Positions 28,493 through 38,585 of a stretch of DNA of 64,000 nt are shown here, one piece after another. The notes beneath the pieces were generated by a model that was not told the DNA's origin, did no database searches, and saw only the letters and a list, made by a program, of their open reading frames with translations. Made by a program: the position numbers and the translations under genes. Within the stretch, counting starts at the first letter, position 1. Each line of letters starts with the position of its first letter. Location of the stretch: IMG/VR virus record IMGVR_UViG_3300033233_001970. One strand, 5' to 3'. Source of the DNA: a virus (lineage: Duplodnaviria; Caudoviricetes).

Positions 28493-28820
28493 GTGGAGGA
28501 GTATGGAGGATAGATGGAGGCAAAATGATCCCATCCTCCATACAAAAAACCAAACGATTTCAGATTTCTGCGTCAGTTATGGAGTGTATGGAGCCAAAAC
28601 CTGGGCCGCCCTCCGTTACGAAGAGACGAAGATCTGATGGCCAAGAGGCCCTTAAGGGCCTTGCCGACCACAACATCAACAATTCTCCCTATGATGTTAA
28701 ACACCGCAGCTTTTGCCTCCATATCCTCCATAGTCACTCTTAGAAATGCGAAATCACTCATCTTCACTATGGAGGATAGACCTCGCTATCCTCCATGTTA
28801 TCCTCCATATCCTCCATACT
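28493..28820. repeat. Iteron-like ATGGAG(G)/CCTCCAT repeat cluster, candidate replication origin
   Basis: About 12 copies in both orientations in an AT-richer noncoding gap right after the primase-helicase. Confidence 0.7.
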
Positions 28821-28901
28821 CTCGACATCGTTCGTATTACTGCTGCGTCATTTTGTGCGACAGCCTCTTTACCGATAGTTTCCTCTCCCATGTTGAACGA
28901 A

Positions 28902-28931
28902 TTGACACAGAATGAGACATCCAGGTACGGT
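28902..28931 (+). promoter_or_regulatory. Sigma70-like promoter
   Basis: TTGACA, 18-nt spacer starting CAGAATGA, TACGGT; ATG at 28940. Confidence 0.5.
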
Positions 28932-28939
28932 ACAAGCTG

Positions 28940-29128
28940 ATGAGCGACCGTTACCTGACGATCGATGAGGCCGCCGCGAAGGCGGGGGTGTCCCGCAGCA
29001 CCGTGATGCGCTGGCGGCGGGGCGAGGATGGCCTTCCTGTGCATCGACGGGGTCACGGCAAGCGTGGGCACGTTTTGATCAGCGAACGCGAGCTAGAGGC
29101 GTTCCTGAAGCCGGAGAAGGTGACGTGA
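28940..29128 (+). CDS. Excisionase-like HTH DNA-binding protein
   Basis: YLTIDEAAAKAGVSRSTVMRW...LP...LI...ELEAFL. Confidence 0.85.
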   Translation: MSDRYLTIDEAAAKAGVSRSTVMRWRRGEDGLPVHRRGHGKRGHVLISERELEAFLKPEKVT

Positions 29129-30441
29129 CGAGCCACGACTCCGCAGTCAACGATCCCGACACGTTCATCCTGCTCTCCGAAGAAGAGCAAGCCGTTCTTC
29201 TGGCGTGGATCCGCACGAGCTACACGGCGTCCAAAACTGTGTGGGAGAACCATTCGTCGTACGGGCTGAAGCACGACTTCGAAGCCGATCACTTCTACAT
29301 CACAAACGGCCAGTTCAAGGGAGCCATGAGGCTCGCCGGTTTCGAACCTGTCGAGCCGGCGGCGATGAACTGGCACTTCAAGATCAGGAAAAGCCACGAG
29401 GCATGAAATGGTGAAACGCGTATCGATCGACCACGCCCGCCATCTCGACGAAACCAAGAAGCGTCAACAAGCGCTCCACGCCGCCGAGTTCCGTTCGATG
29501 AAGACGCTGAAGACGCCCGTCGCTTCCACCAGAAAGGGTGCACCAGGCACCGACGCTCATCGCGACTTCGATGGATTCGATCCCGGTGAAGAGCTTCGCC
29601 GGTTTCGTCTCGCCGTCGAGCTCAATCAATTCAAGATAGCGAGCGTACTCGCGTTCAATCTCGACGAGCACATGACGCGTGGCGGCTCGCCGCCCATCGA
29701 CTGGCTTGGCCCGTCGTGTATGCGCACAAAAGAAGATCGTGATCATCGCGACGCCGAGGCCACATGAAAATCAATCTCGTCCCAGGCAAGTTCTACCTGT
29801 CCAAGAACGGATTGATTTGGTGCTGCTTCCATTTCGATTCAACCAAAGAGCCGCAAGCGCGCTGCGTCCGCTGCACAGACGGCAAAGTCGAATCCTTCTC
29901 TCACGACGGACGACACGATAAAGAGGAGAATGCATTGGTTTCGCTGCTTCCCTATTGGGGAGCGGACGGCAGTACGCAACAGCAGTTCAAGCAGGCGTGC
30001 AAAGAAGCAGAAACAAGAGTTCGCGCAGAGCTTCGCGAAATCATCGGCGAGTGCAAAGGTGTGCTCGATAAAGCCAACGATTTAGTCGAGAAGATGGAAG
30101 ATCACGAAGATCAACGCCTGATCGAAAAACTAGGAGATCGCGGATACAAGAAAATAAAATGCACATCGACCATCATTGATAGAGCCACACGCAACCCGAC
30201 GCGGTGCGCGCTAAAAGAAGATCATGACGGAAACCATGACGACGGAGCGATGACGTGGGAAACGCCAACCGATCCGACGTTTCTGGCGCTTGACGCTCTT
30301 CAAGAGTTGATCGATGTTGCTGACGCAAAAGACGAGTACGGTGATCTCGTCATCCGTTACGACCGCGTGGGCGCAGCCGCGAACTGGTTGCTCGATTTCG
30401 CAAATATGGTTCGTCCGATTCTCAATCGCGAGGAACCGTGA
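29125..30441 (+). CDS. Three hypothetical genes: 29125-29406, 29408-29767, 29764-30441
   Basis: Coupled ORFs; the first has SSYGLKHDFE...YITNGQFKGAM. Confidence 0.65.
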
Positions 30442-30573
30442 GAGATCACGTACGGCGTGGGATTCGTAACCCGCGCGTCGACGCGGCTCTTGCGGCGTCA
30501 CGAACAGCTTCCGCCGATGCAGAGATGAAATCGCGAACGAAGTACGCATCGCCAACGATCGCGTAGAAACTCC

Positions 30574-31323
30574 ATGAGCGATATCGAAGCCACGAAATTC
30601 TACGTGCGGTACCGTGAAGGTCTCCCAGAGACCGAGATGCAGGACGCTGCGCGCCGTGGTTTCTGGACGCTCGGCGTCGAGACCGCGTCGTTCGAGTGGG
30701 TCGACGACATCCAAGACATGACGGATCTCGGACCGACGGTCGGCGTTGCGGGCTACATCGGCGACGTCTGGGCCGCCCTCAGAAAGATCGGCAAATATTC
30801 GCCGCCAGCGCTCGATTACCCGGAGCCGTTGACAGAATTTCTCGGTCGCAAGATTTGGAAGAGCACGCTCGGTGAAGTCAGAACAACGGTCACGCCGACG
30901 TTCGTGAAGCCCATCGAGCAGAAAAAATTCACAGGATTCATCTGGCGCGCGGACATAGAATCAAAAATGCGCGTCGTCACAATTCACGACGACACGCCGG
31001 TCTGGTGCGCGGAACCTGTAGAGTTCGTGTCCGAATACCGAGCCTGTATTCTTCGGCAGGAAGTGCTCGCCTGCCAGCGCTACAAAGGGGACTGGTCAAT
31101 CGTTCCTTCGAAGGATATCGTCGAGGCCGGCATGATGGCGATGGGGCAAAAAGCTCCCCATGCCTATTGCCTCGACTGGGGCGTCACCAAGGACGGACGA
31201 ACGCTTCTCGTCGAAGCGAATGAAGGATACGCGTTTGGGCATTACGGCCTTCATCACGTGAGCTACGCACGTATGCTATCCGCTCGATGGCGCGAGTTGG
31301 CGTGCGAGCAGGAATCGACATGA
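30574..31323 (+). CDS. ATP-grasp protein (R2K/DUF4343-like)
   Basis: DYPEPL..FLGRKI, FVKP..QKKFTG, EFVSEYR, AYCLDWG, LLVEAN. Confidence 0.8.
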   Translation: MSDIEATKFYVRYREGLPETEMQDAARRGFWTLGVETASFEWVDDIQDMTDLGPTVGVAGYIGDVWAALRKIGKYSPPALDYPEPLTEFLGRKIWKSTLGEVRTTVTPTFVKPIEQKKFTGFIWRADIESKMRVVTIHDDTPVWCAEPVEFVSEYRACILRQEVLACQRYKGDWSIVPSKDIVEAGMMAMGQKAPHAYCLDWGVTKDGRTLLVEANEGYAFGHYGLHHVSYARMLSARWRELACEQEST

Positions 31324-31886
31324 ACAAATCGATGGCGGATCTTCTCGACATGATGGACTTCTCTAACGGCGAGAAGTGTCTGCTCCTCCTAAGCGACAAC
31401 GCGCAACGACTTCTCGAGGCGCCAGGTTCTTCGCACAATCATCAGGCGTGGCCTGGCGGATATTTGGATCACGTCCTAGAGGTCATGAACATCGCCACAG
31501 CGCTCTACGCGTCGCTTTCCGAATGGCGATCGTTGCCATTCAAGTTACCTGACGCGTTGCTCGTGCTTTTTCTCCACGATCTGGAAAAACCATGGAAGAA
31601 GGATTTCGATCTCAAGGCCAAAACTGCACGAGCGTTGTTCCGGGAGAAGAAGATCGCAGAGTACGAGTTCGCGCTCACGCCGGAGCAGCAGAACGCACTC
31701 GCGTACGTCGAAGGCGAGGGCGATGACTACAGTTCGAGCCAGCGTGTCATGAACGAGATGGCCGCGTTCTGCCACGCCTGCGACGTAATCAGCGCGCGTA
31801 TCTGGCACAATTTCCCAACAAAGGGAGAGACGCCCGAAGAGACGCTAGAATCGGCGCTCGCGAAATCCGAGAGAGCTGCGAAGTGA
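31320..31886 (+). CDS. HD-domain hydrolase
   Basis: APGS..NHQAWPGGYLDH, LHDLEK, HACD. Confidence 0.8.
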   Translation: MNKSMADLLDMMDFSNGEKCLLLLSDNAQRLLEAPGSSHNHQAWPGGYLDHVLEVMNIATALYASLSEWRSLPFKLPDALLVLFLHDLEKPWKKDFDLKAKTARALFREKKIAEYEFALTPEQQNALAYVEGEGDDYSSSQRVMNEMAAFCHACDVISARIWHNFPTKGETPEETLESALAKSERAAK

Positions 31887-32354
31887 AATTCTCTCGACGA
31901 CAACGACGGTTCCTCAAGGAAGCTAGGGTGAGCCGCTTCCTAGCTGCTCGCCCAGATGAGCAGCGGACGGCACGTTCTCTCGCGCGCCGAGGCATCCTTC
32001 TCTACGTCGAACATTGGAACATTTACAACGGCGACTACTGGTGCTCGCCAGAGGTATGGTGGCCCGCCTACGAGTTGATCGAGCCAAATCACATAAGCGA
32101 CACGCATCTAGGGGCTGACCAATGCCGTTGCCTGACAACTGGTGGACAACAAATCTAGAGGATGAGCCTTGCGACGGTTGCGGCGCCAAACCGTCGAAGC
32201 ATCGCGGCCACGGATCGTACACGTGCAAGGCGGCTTTGCCTATTAGTTCTCGGTCGATGACCAATCACAAGGCAGCGTTCGATCCTGCCTTTTGATTGAA
32301 CTGTGATTCGCATGATTGATCACGGTTGCCACACGCTTCAGCGTGGGGTACACG

Positions 32355-32843
32355 ATGGTTATCCCAATCATGCGAAAAGAACCCATCACGTTTATCATGC
32401 CGAGCGGCGGCACCGCCGTCCTCCCCAGCATCGACGCGCTCCTCGAACTCGAAGATGCGCTCGTTGAGCGGCAAGGCCGTCGCGCACGCCGCGATGCCCA
32501 TCAAGCCACCCGCGACGCGAACGGCGCGACGGTGTCGCCGATCGTCAACACCGCGCCGGACGCCGCCTGGACGATGTTCTGCGGCTTGCTGGCCGGCGAC
32601 AAGCGCAAACCGCAGCGCAAGCTCTTGGCGGTGGTGCGCGCGAAGAAGAAGTGCACGCTCGACGAGTTGATGCCGCTCTTCGACACGAAGAAGGGCCAGG
32701 CGGTCGGCGGGCGCATCTCCGGCGTCTCGAAGAACGCCGACAAGGCCGGCTTTCCGAAGAATGCCGTTTTGATCTTGAACAAAGTCGAGCGCACGGTTTC
32801 CGCTGGTCCCGCTCTTCTCGCGAACGACCCGCCCGCTCCGTGA
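32355..32843 (+). CDS. Hypothetical protein, possibly winged-helix
   Basis: Basic ORF with high GC3, lying between imperfect inverted repeats. Confidence 0.55.
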   Translation: MVIPIMRKEPITFIMPSGGTAVLPSIDALLELEDALVERQGRRARRDAHQATRDANGATVSPIVNTAPDAAWTMFCGLLAGDKRKPQRKLLAVVRAKKKCTLDELMPLFDTKKGQAVGGRISGVSKNADKAGFPKNAVLILNKVERTVSAGPALLANDPPAP

Positions 32844-33169
32844 CTCTCGCAAGGTGCCGATCATGACGACAAAATAGGCAACGCCCAGCCAGTTCACCGA
32901 TTTCCCAATCATGCTCTGGCTGAGCGTGGTCCGGCCGGTTTGCACCGTGTAGGACGTGCGGAGTATCCGCCGCGCGTTCCATCGGTGCAAGCCTTTTTCT
33001 AGGTCAAAACGCACAGATTGGAAAAAGCGCATGGATATCTCCATCTTGCGCGCGCTCGATTTCCGCTGTCCGCTCACCGAGCTGCTCCGCTTGTGGTGGG
33101 TGACGGACGGCACGTCGAACGCGTAGGACATGAAGACCGAGGTCGAGGGCCGGTACCGGGTATCGGCCC

Positions 33170-33367
33170 TCACTTCTTCGCCTCCGAGCGTCTCGGGCGG
33201 TCCCAATAGGGGCTCTTGCACGACCCGCAGACGCGCGGACGGTCTTCTGGCTTCGGTTCCTTCGGCTTCTTGCCGGCCTCGGGCTGGACGAAGCCACGCG
33301 GCACCCACTCGTGGCCACAGCGTGAACATCGGTAGCCCCAAATCTTGATCTCGACGAGCGTAGTCAT
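33170..33367 (-). CDS. Small zinc-ribbon protein divergent from the transposase
   Basis: CSRCGHEWVPR...CGSCKSPYW. Confidence 0.7.
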   Translation of the reverse strand: MTTLVEIKIWGYRCSRCGHEWVPRGFVQPEAGKKPKEPKPEDRPRVCGSCKSPYWDRPRRSEAKK

Positions 33368-33400
33368 CTACTGGGCGCACGATACGTTGGCGCACGCTCC

Positions 33401-33429
33401 TTGACAAGTATGTACCTAGCCAGTATATA
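33401..33429 (+). promoter_or_regulatory. Transposase promoter, leaderless geometry
   Basis: TTGACA-N17-TATATA, then 7 nt to ATG 33437. Confidence 0.65.
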
Positions 33430-33436
33430 CATTGGC

Positions 33437-34675
33437 ATGGAGCAAGCCATCCTCGATCCGCGCCAAGCAAGAGGGCTCGCGCTCGCGAAAAACGCGAAGA
33501 TCAAGAAGCTCACGAGCCGTTTTTGGCTCGTTCCTTCGCAAACGTCGAAGGAGAAGTACGTGGTCGATCCCGAGAAGGGCACGTGCAGTTGTCCAGATCA
33601 CGAGACGCGACAGGTGAAGTGCAAGCACCAGTGGGCTCTCGAATACGCGCGGCACGAAGTGACCGCGCCCGATGGATCGACGGTCGTGTCAGAAACCTTG
33701 CGCATCACTTACGCTCAGGATTGGCCGCGCTACAACGCGGCTCAGCAGAACGAGAAGGCGGAAGTCGAGAAGCTTCTCCGCGCGCTCTGCGAAGGCGTTT
33801 CTACGCCCGCGCAAAAAGGGCCTGGACGCCGCTATTTGCCGCTTTCCGACGTCGTTTTCGGCATGACGATGAAGGTCTACACGACCGTCTCGGGCCGGCG
33901 GGCGACGACGGACATTCGCGAGTGCGCGGCGAAGAAGTTGATCGACGTGGCGCCGCACTACAACACGCTTTTCGTCGCTATGGAGAAGCCGGAGTTGACG
34001 CCGATCTTGACGGGGCTCGTCGAGGAGTCGGCGTCGCCGCTCGTATCGATCGAGTCGACGTTCGCGCCGGACTCGACCGGCTTCAGCACGAGCAATTTCG
34101 CGCGCTGGTTCGACCACAAATACGGCGGCGACCGGGAGCGCGAGCGCAAAGAGCACACGTGGGTGAAGATGCACGCAATCGTCGGCTGCAAAACCAACGT
34201 CATCACGGGCGTCAAGATCACGAACCCGTTCGGTGTCGACACCGCCGACGCGCGGCACCTCGCTGGGCTCGTCGAGACGACCGCAAAACGGTTCTCGGTC
34301 GACGAGGTCGTGGCGGACAAAGCGTATCTCAGTCGCGAAAATCTCGAGAAAATCGATGAGGTCGGCGCGCGAGCCTTCATCCCGATGAAGGAGAACTCGA
34401 AGGCTGGGCGCCATCCGCTCTGGAACGAGCTTTTTCACTATTACAACTATCGACGGCCCGATTTTCTCGCGCACTACCACGCGCGATCGAACGTCGAGGC
34501 GACGTTTTCGATGATCAAAAGAAAGTTCGGAGATCGCGTTCGCTCGAAACTTTTCGTTGCGCAAGTGAACGAGCTGCTTTGCAAATCGCTTTGCCACAAC
34601 CTCGCCGTACTCGTGCATTCGTTTCACGAACTCGGCGTAGAATCGAAGTTTTGGAAAGACGTGGAACGAACGTGA
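33437..34675 (+). CDS. DDE transposase (IS4/IS5-like) with N-terminal SWIM finger
   Basis: CSCPD...CKH; YN.AQ; DSTGF; WVKMH; ADKAY; YHARSNVEATFSMIKRKFG. Confidence 0.9.
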   Translation: MEQAILDPRQARGLALAKNAKIKKLTSRFWLVPSQTSKEKYVVDPEKGTCSCPDHETRQVKCKHQWALEYARHEVTAPDGSTVVSETLRITYAQDWPRYNAAQQNEKAEVEKLLRALCEGVSTPAQKGPGRRYLPLSDVVFGMTMKVYTTVSGRRATTDIRECAAKKLIDVAPHYNTLFVAMEKPELTPILTGLVEESASPLVSIESTFAPDSTGFSTSNFARWFDHKYGGDRERERKEHTWVKMHAIVGCKTNVITGVKITNPFGVDTADARHLAGLVETTAKRFSVDEVVADKAYLSRENLEKIDEVGARAFIPMKENSKAGRHPLWNELFHYYNYRRPDFLAHYHARSNVEATFSMIKRKFGDRVRSKLFVAQVNELLCKSLCHNLAVLVHSFHELGVESKFWKDVERT

Positions 34676-34730
34676 ACTACGTCGTTTTTCAATGTGCAAT
34701 GCATGTGCATCACGTTTTCGCGAGCGCAAC

Positions 34731-35004
34731 ATGATTGCGAGCGATCTCACACGTGAAGAACAAGATCACGTGCGCACGGCTTTGCGTTTTCTTCGGACAA
34801 AGTGCGGCGGATGGGCGCCGCTCGCTAAGGCTGTTCGGGATCACGCTTTCGCACGTCGTCGCTGGCCGCGTCGTAAGCCCAACGCTCGCGTTCCGCGTGG
34901 CGCGATTCGTGGACGTGCCGTTCGATGACCTCGTGTCCGGAAAGTATCCCGCTCCGGGCGCGTGCCCGATGTGCGGTCACGTAAAGGAGGAGGTGTCGCC
35001 GTGA
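34731..35004 (+). pseudogene. Frameshifted XRE-like HTH regulator with Zn-ribbon tail
   Basis: MIASDLT...LAKAVR continues as ITLSHV...AFRVARF...CPMCGH in the +1 frame near 34835. Confidence 0.65.
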
Positions 35005-35227
35005 GTCTTCGGCTCGTGAAGCCGATCCCGCCCGAGCCGGTCTTTCCGAAGCTCGCAAAGCGGCTCGTCTTCCCGTTGATCGCCGTCACCGGCGGCAAGA
35101 GCCGGATGGCCGTCGTCGGGCGTGTGCACCGAAGAATCAACGTCGAGCGCGAGCTGTACTTGCTGACGCTCGACACGGCGAAGGAGCGCGGCATCTGTCC
35201 CGATCCCAGCAACGACAACGCAGCGCT

Positions 35228-35479
35228 CTACACATGATCGCGATGCGCTCGCTTCGGTGCCACAAACTTCACAACAAGCTCGATCCCGAGCCCGGCCGCG
35301 ATGCGCATGAGCGTGTCGATGGTCACGTTCTTCGTGCCGCGCTCGATCTTGGCGAGGTTCGTCGGATCCATGCGGATGCGCTTCGCGAGCTGCACCTGGG
35401 AGACCTGCATCGCGTCGCGCGTCGACCGCAACTGCTTTCCGATCGCGATCAGCGCTTCTTTGGTCCCGTCGTCGGCCAC
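35228..35479 (-). CDS. XRE-family HTH regulator
   Basis: IGKQLR..R....SQVQLA...IERG.KNVTIDTL.RIA.GL. Confidence 0.9.
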   Translation of the reverse strand: MADDGTKEALIAIGKQLRSTRDAMQVSQVQLAKRIRMDPTNLAKIERGTKNVTIDTLMRIAAGLGIELVVKFVAPKRAHRDHV

Positions 35480-35560
35480 GCCGACACGAGACCCATTGCG
35501 CGGCGCTGTCGAAATGGTCTTATAGGACCATCCATCGGTGGACCTTTCGGGGAGGTTTTC

Positions 35561-36334
35561 ATGCGTCGAATTGTTGCTCTGCTCTCGCTTGCTGTTGCTT
35601 CCGTCGCGTGCTCGTCGTCGTCATCGCCAGGCGGCGGAGAGGTCGACAGCGGCACGCAGGACAGCGGAAGCGGAAACGACAGCGGGACATCGTTGACGCC
35701 GGACACGTTCGTGGCGCAGTTGCCGGCCGCGTACTGCTCCGTCTACTTCCGGTGTTGCAAGACGACGGAGATCCCGCACGTCGGGATCCTCTCCGCGAAC
35801 AACATCACGACGCAGGCGCAGTGCACGGCATCGAGCGCCGTCGCGAGCGCGCTCCGCTTCCAGTGCTTGCCCGCCGAGGTGAATCAGTATCACGCGATGA
35901 CCTTCGACGCGCAGAAGGCGGCGGCGTGCCTCAGTGATATCCAGAACGCTCCGTGCGGCGGCGGGTTGGTCACGGAGCTTTGGGGCTCGACGAACTGTCA
36001 GGGAGCATTTGTCGGAAGTCTGCCGCTTGGAAGCCAATGCAGCGCGAGCCACTGCACCGTGAACCTAGCGTCGGCGTCCAAACCGAACAGCGAATGCGCG
36101 AGTGGTGACTGCAACAGCTCGGGCGTGTGCGCGAACCCGTCGCCCATCGGCGGAACGTGCTCGACCGACTCCGATTGCGTCTCGGGGTCGTGGTGCAGCT
36201 CGCTCCGCACGTGCACCAAGGCTACGGCGGCCGGCGGCGCCTGCACGCAGTTCGATCAATGCGAATTTCCGCAGGCTTGCTTCACGTCGCCTGGTGGCGG
36301 GAACGCCTGCGAATTGGTTTGTACCGGACCATGA
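35561..36334 (+). CDS. Cys-rich lipoprotein, myxobacterial type
   Basis: SVAC lipobox, DSG linker, C....RCC, A.ACL..I...C, repeated G..C.....C units. Confidence 0.8.
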   Translation: MRRIVALLSLAVASVACSSSSSPGGGEVDSGTQDSGSGNDSGTSLTPDTFVAQLPAAYCSVYFRCCKTTEIPHVGILSANNITTQAQCTASSAVASALRFQCLPAEVNQYHAMTFDAQKAAACLSDIQNAPCGGGLVTELWGSTNCQGAFVGSLPLGSQCSASHCTVNLASASKPNSECASGDCNSSGVCANPSPIGGTCSTDSDCVSGSWCSSLRTCTKATAAGGACTQFDQCEFPQACFTSPGGGNACELVCTGP

Positions 36335-36932
36335 AGTTCGACCTCGCAACGCTCCTGCTCTGCGCGTTGATGGCCTGCACGACCGCCGTCTTCGGATGCG
36401 ACGCGTTCGGTCTCGAAAAATCGTCGCTGAAAACGCGTAGCGCGAACGACCTGAAGTGCGACGCGAGCAAGCTTGACGTGAAAGAAATCGGCAACCATTC
36501 GTGGACGGTCGCCGGCTGCGGCCAGACGGGAAACTACACGTGCATTCGCGGCGAAGGCATCGGCGAAAGCCAGTGGTCGTGCATGAAGGAAAAATGAGCT
36601 GACGACTCGCGAGCGTCGCTACCATCAACCGCATGGGGCTCCGCGCATACCAGACCTGGCTCGCGATCACGTACATCGTCTTCGGTGGCGCGCTTCTGCT
36701 CGCCGCCTTCTTCATCTCGATCGGATCGAGCGGCGAGCCGTTCGTGGTGCTCGCCGAATGGATGACGATCGGGCTCGGGCTCATGCTCCTACTGGCCGGC
36801 TTCATCGGCGTCGGCGCCGCGATGGCCGGAACGAGCACGGCGAAATGCATTCACTGCGGCAAAGACGCTCGCGTGCACATCGGCTTCTTCAGCGGAAGGC
36901 CCGAGCTGCGACGAAGCGACGCAGGGAGCTGA
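36331..36932 (+). CDS. Small lipoprotein (36331-36597) and 2-TM membrane protein (36633-36932)
   Basis: Lipobox-like Cys with A.DLKC...VAGCG...YTC; two hydrophobic helices plus CIHCG. Confidence 0.7.
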
Positions 36933-36994
36933 CGCTCGACGATTTGCACTACGTCTGCACTACAACGACCTCTGGAAGAGGCCGGATTCATTGA

Positions 36995-37301
36995 ATGATT
37001 TTAGCTATTTCCATTCGCTGCGAAGCGATGGATAATTCGAGCAGGAGATCATCATGATGAAAAGCAACGTCGGTGCGCAACTCAACCCGCAGCTCTCGCC
37101 GAAGAGCGCCGGGCTTGGCGGCTGTGGCAGCGGCATACCGAAATCATCGGTCAGATACTTGGGCGCCGCGTCGTCGAAGACCTTGTGCACAACTCCGGGC
37201 GAGGAGGAACGTTCGACGATCTCTTCATTCAGGACTTGGCTGTCGCGTGCATGAATTACTACGTCCGAAAAGGGTTACCGCAACGGCGTGAAGACTCATG
37301 A
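36995..37301 (+). pseudogene. Apparently frameshifted hypothetical gene
   Basis: MILAISIRCEAMDNSSR continues in the +1 frame as DHHDEKQRRC...QRREDS*, whose stop overlaps ATG 37298. Confidence 0.45.
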
Positions 37302-37972
37302 AAATCGACGGTCCCTCAAGAATCCACGATGTGATCGCGTCCTTGCCTGAGTCGATGGATCGTCGAGACGTCTTCTACCTCGTGCACATGGACGCCAAAG
37401 GCACGTACATGGGCGTCAGCGAGCTTTCGCGCGGTCGCGCGCCCACACCGAAAGAAGTTGTGGACGCTGCTGAAGCCGGAGGCGGAGATCTCTTCGTCAT
37501 CGCACGCAACAAACCGGCGTCGTTCGATTCGAGCCCTACGAATGCCGATGCGAGCCTTGTCCGAAAGCTCGCGGGCACGCTTCCGGTCGACGTAAAGCTC
37601 GCCGACTACGTCATCGTCGGCGGCGATACGTCGTTTTCATTTCGACGCGATGGTCCAGACAATGAGAACCCTCGCTCTTCGTCAGAAGAAAGTTTTCTCA
37701 AATGGACGCGATTATCGTCGGATTATTGGAGTGCTGCCGGTAAAGATCTCGGTGCCGACAAGCCGTACGAAATCGTGTACCAACTGCATCGCGAAAACGG
37801 CGCCATCAGAATCACGCATTCTTCAAAGGGAGAAAGCGAGAGTCATGTCGTGACGCTCAGCGGATTGGATTCTCCGATCACGATGGAAGATGCGAAGCAA
37901 TGGGTGGAGCGACATCACGCGAAGTTGATTCGCACGTTCGTGACGAAGGGCGGGCATAGGTTCGAGCCATGA
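37298..37972 (+). CDS. Degenerate JAB/RadC-like domain fused to a second domain
   Basis: RDVFYLV, PKEV, ARNKP in place of HNHP, PTNAD, LADYVIVG....SFR. Confidence 0.65.
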   Translation: MKIDGPSRIHDVIASLPESMDRRDVFYLVHMDAKGTYMGVSELSRGRAPTPKEVVDAAEAGGGDLFVIARNKPASFDSSPTNADASLVRKLAGTLPVDVKLADYVIVGGDTSFSFRRDGPDNENPRSSSEESFLKWTRLSSDYWSAAGKDLGADKPYEIVYQLHRENGAIRITHSSKGESESHVVTLSGLDSPITMEDAKQWVERHHAKLIRTFVTKGGHRFEP

Positions 37973-38231
37973 TTAGCGACACGCCCTGTCCTCGCTGCGG
38001 TTGCTTCATTGTCAAGAAGTTTGAGTGCGGATGCGGCGCGGTACACAGCGACTACTGCAACAACTGCGGACGCTGGACGACGCTTCTGCCGACGGAATAC
38101 GCGGCCCTCGGCGACATCGACGCTCGTTGCGAAGCCGGTCGTGTGCCACACGAGCATTCTTCAGAGGAGAAGACAGCTCGCATCGCAGCGCATATCGCCC
38201 GTCTTCGGCGTGAACATCAGGTAGGGAATTG

Positions 38232-38444
38232 ATGGGCAAGTCACAGAATCAAAAGGCAAAGCGACTCTAAAAGGCAAAGCCGTGCAAGGCTTGCTACGAC
38301 GCCTCGTGGTGTCCAGAATGCCAGTACCCGCTTCGCACACGTGATGGCACAGGACACGTGTGCCCCTCACTCGAGCAGCGCGCGAAGGACGAGAAGGAAA
38401 TGAGAAAAATGTTCACGGAAATCGGGATGGAGTATCCCGAATGA
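38232..38444 (+). pseudogene. Zinc-finger ORF with in-frame TAA at 38268-38270
   Basis: MGKSQNQKAKRL*KAKPCKAC...CPECQ...; coupled to both neighbours. Confidence 0.55.
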
Positions 38445-38585
38445 TTCGCGCATGGTGCGCAGCGCTCAACTATCTAGGCGGATTTGGCGTCGGTTTTCTC
38501 ATCATCGTCGCACTGCCGATGACAGCGCTTGCGCTCGCGAACCGTGCGTCCTGGTTTCGGCCGAACCGGATAGAAAGATTTTTCG

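Noticed and set aside
28493-28820. CRISPR array
   Set aside because: Repeats are 7-11 nt, in both orientations and irregularly spaced; no cas genes are in the window.
28940-29128. Integration module
   Set aside because: An excisionase-like HTH is present, but no integrase or att site is visible.
38268-38270. Stop-codon reassignment
   Set aside because: Only one in-frame TAA was seen; TAA, TAG and TGA all end genes normally elsewhere.
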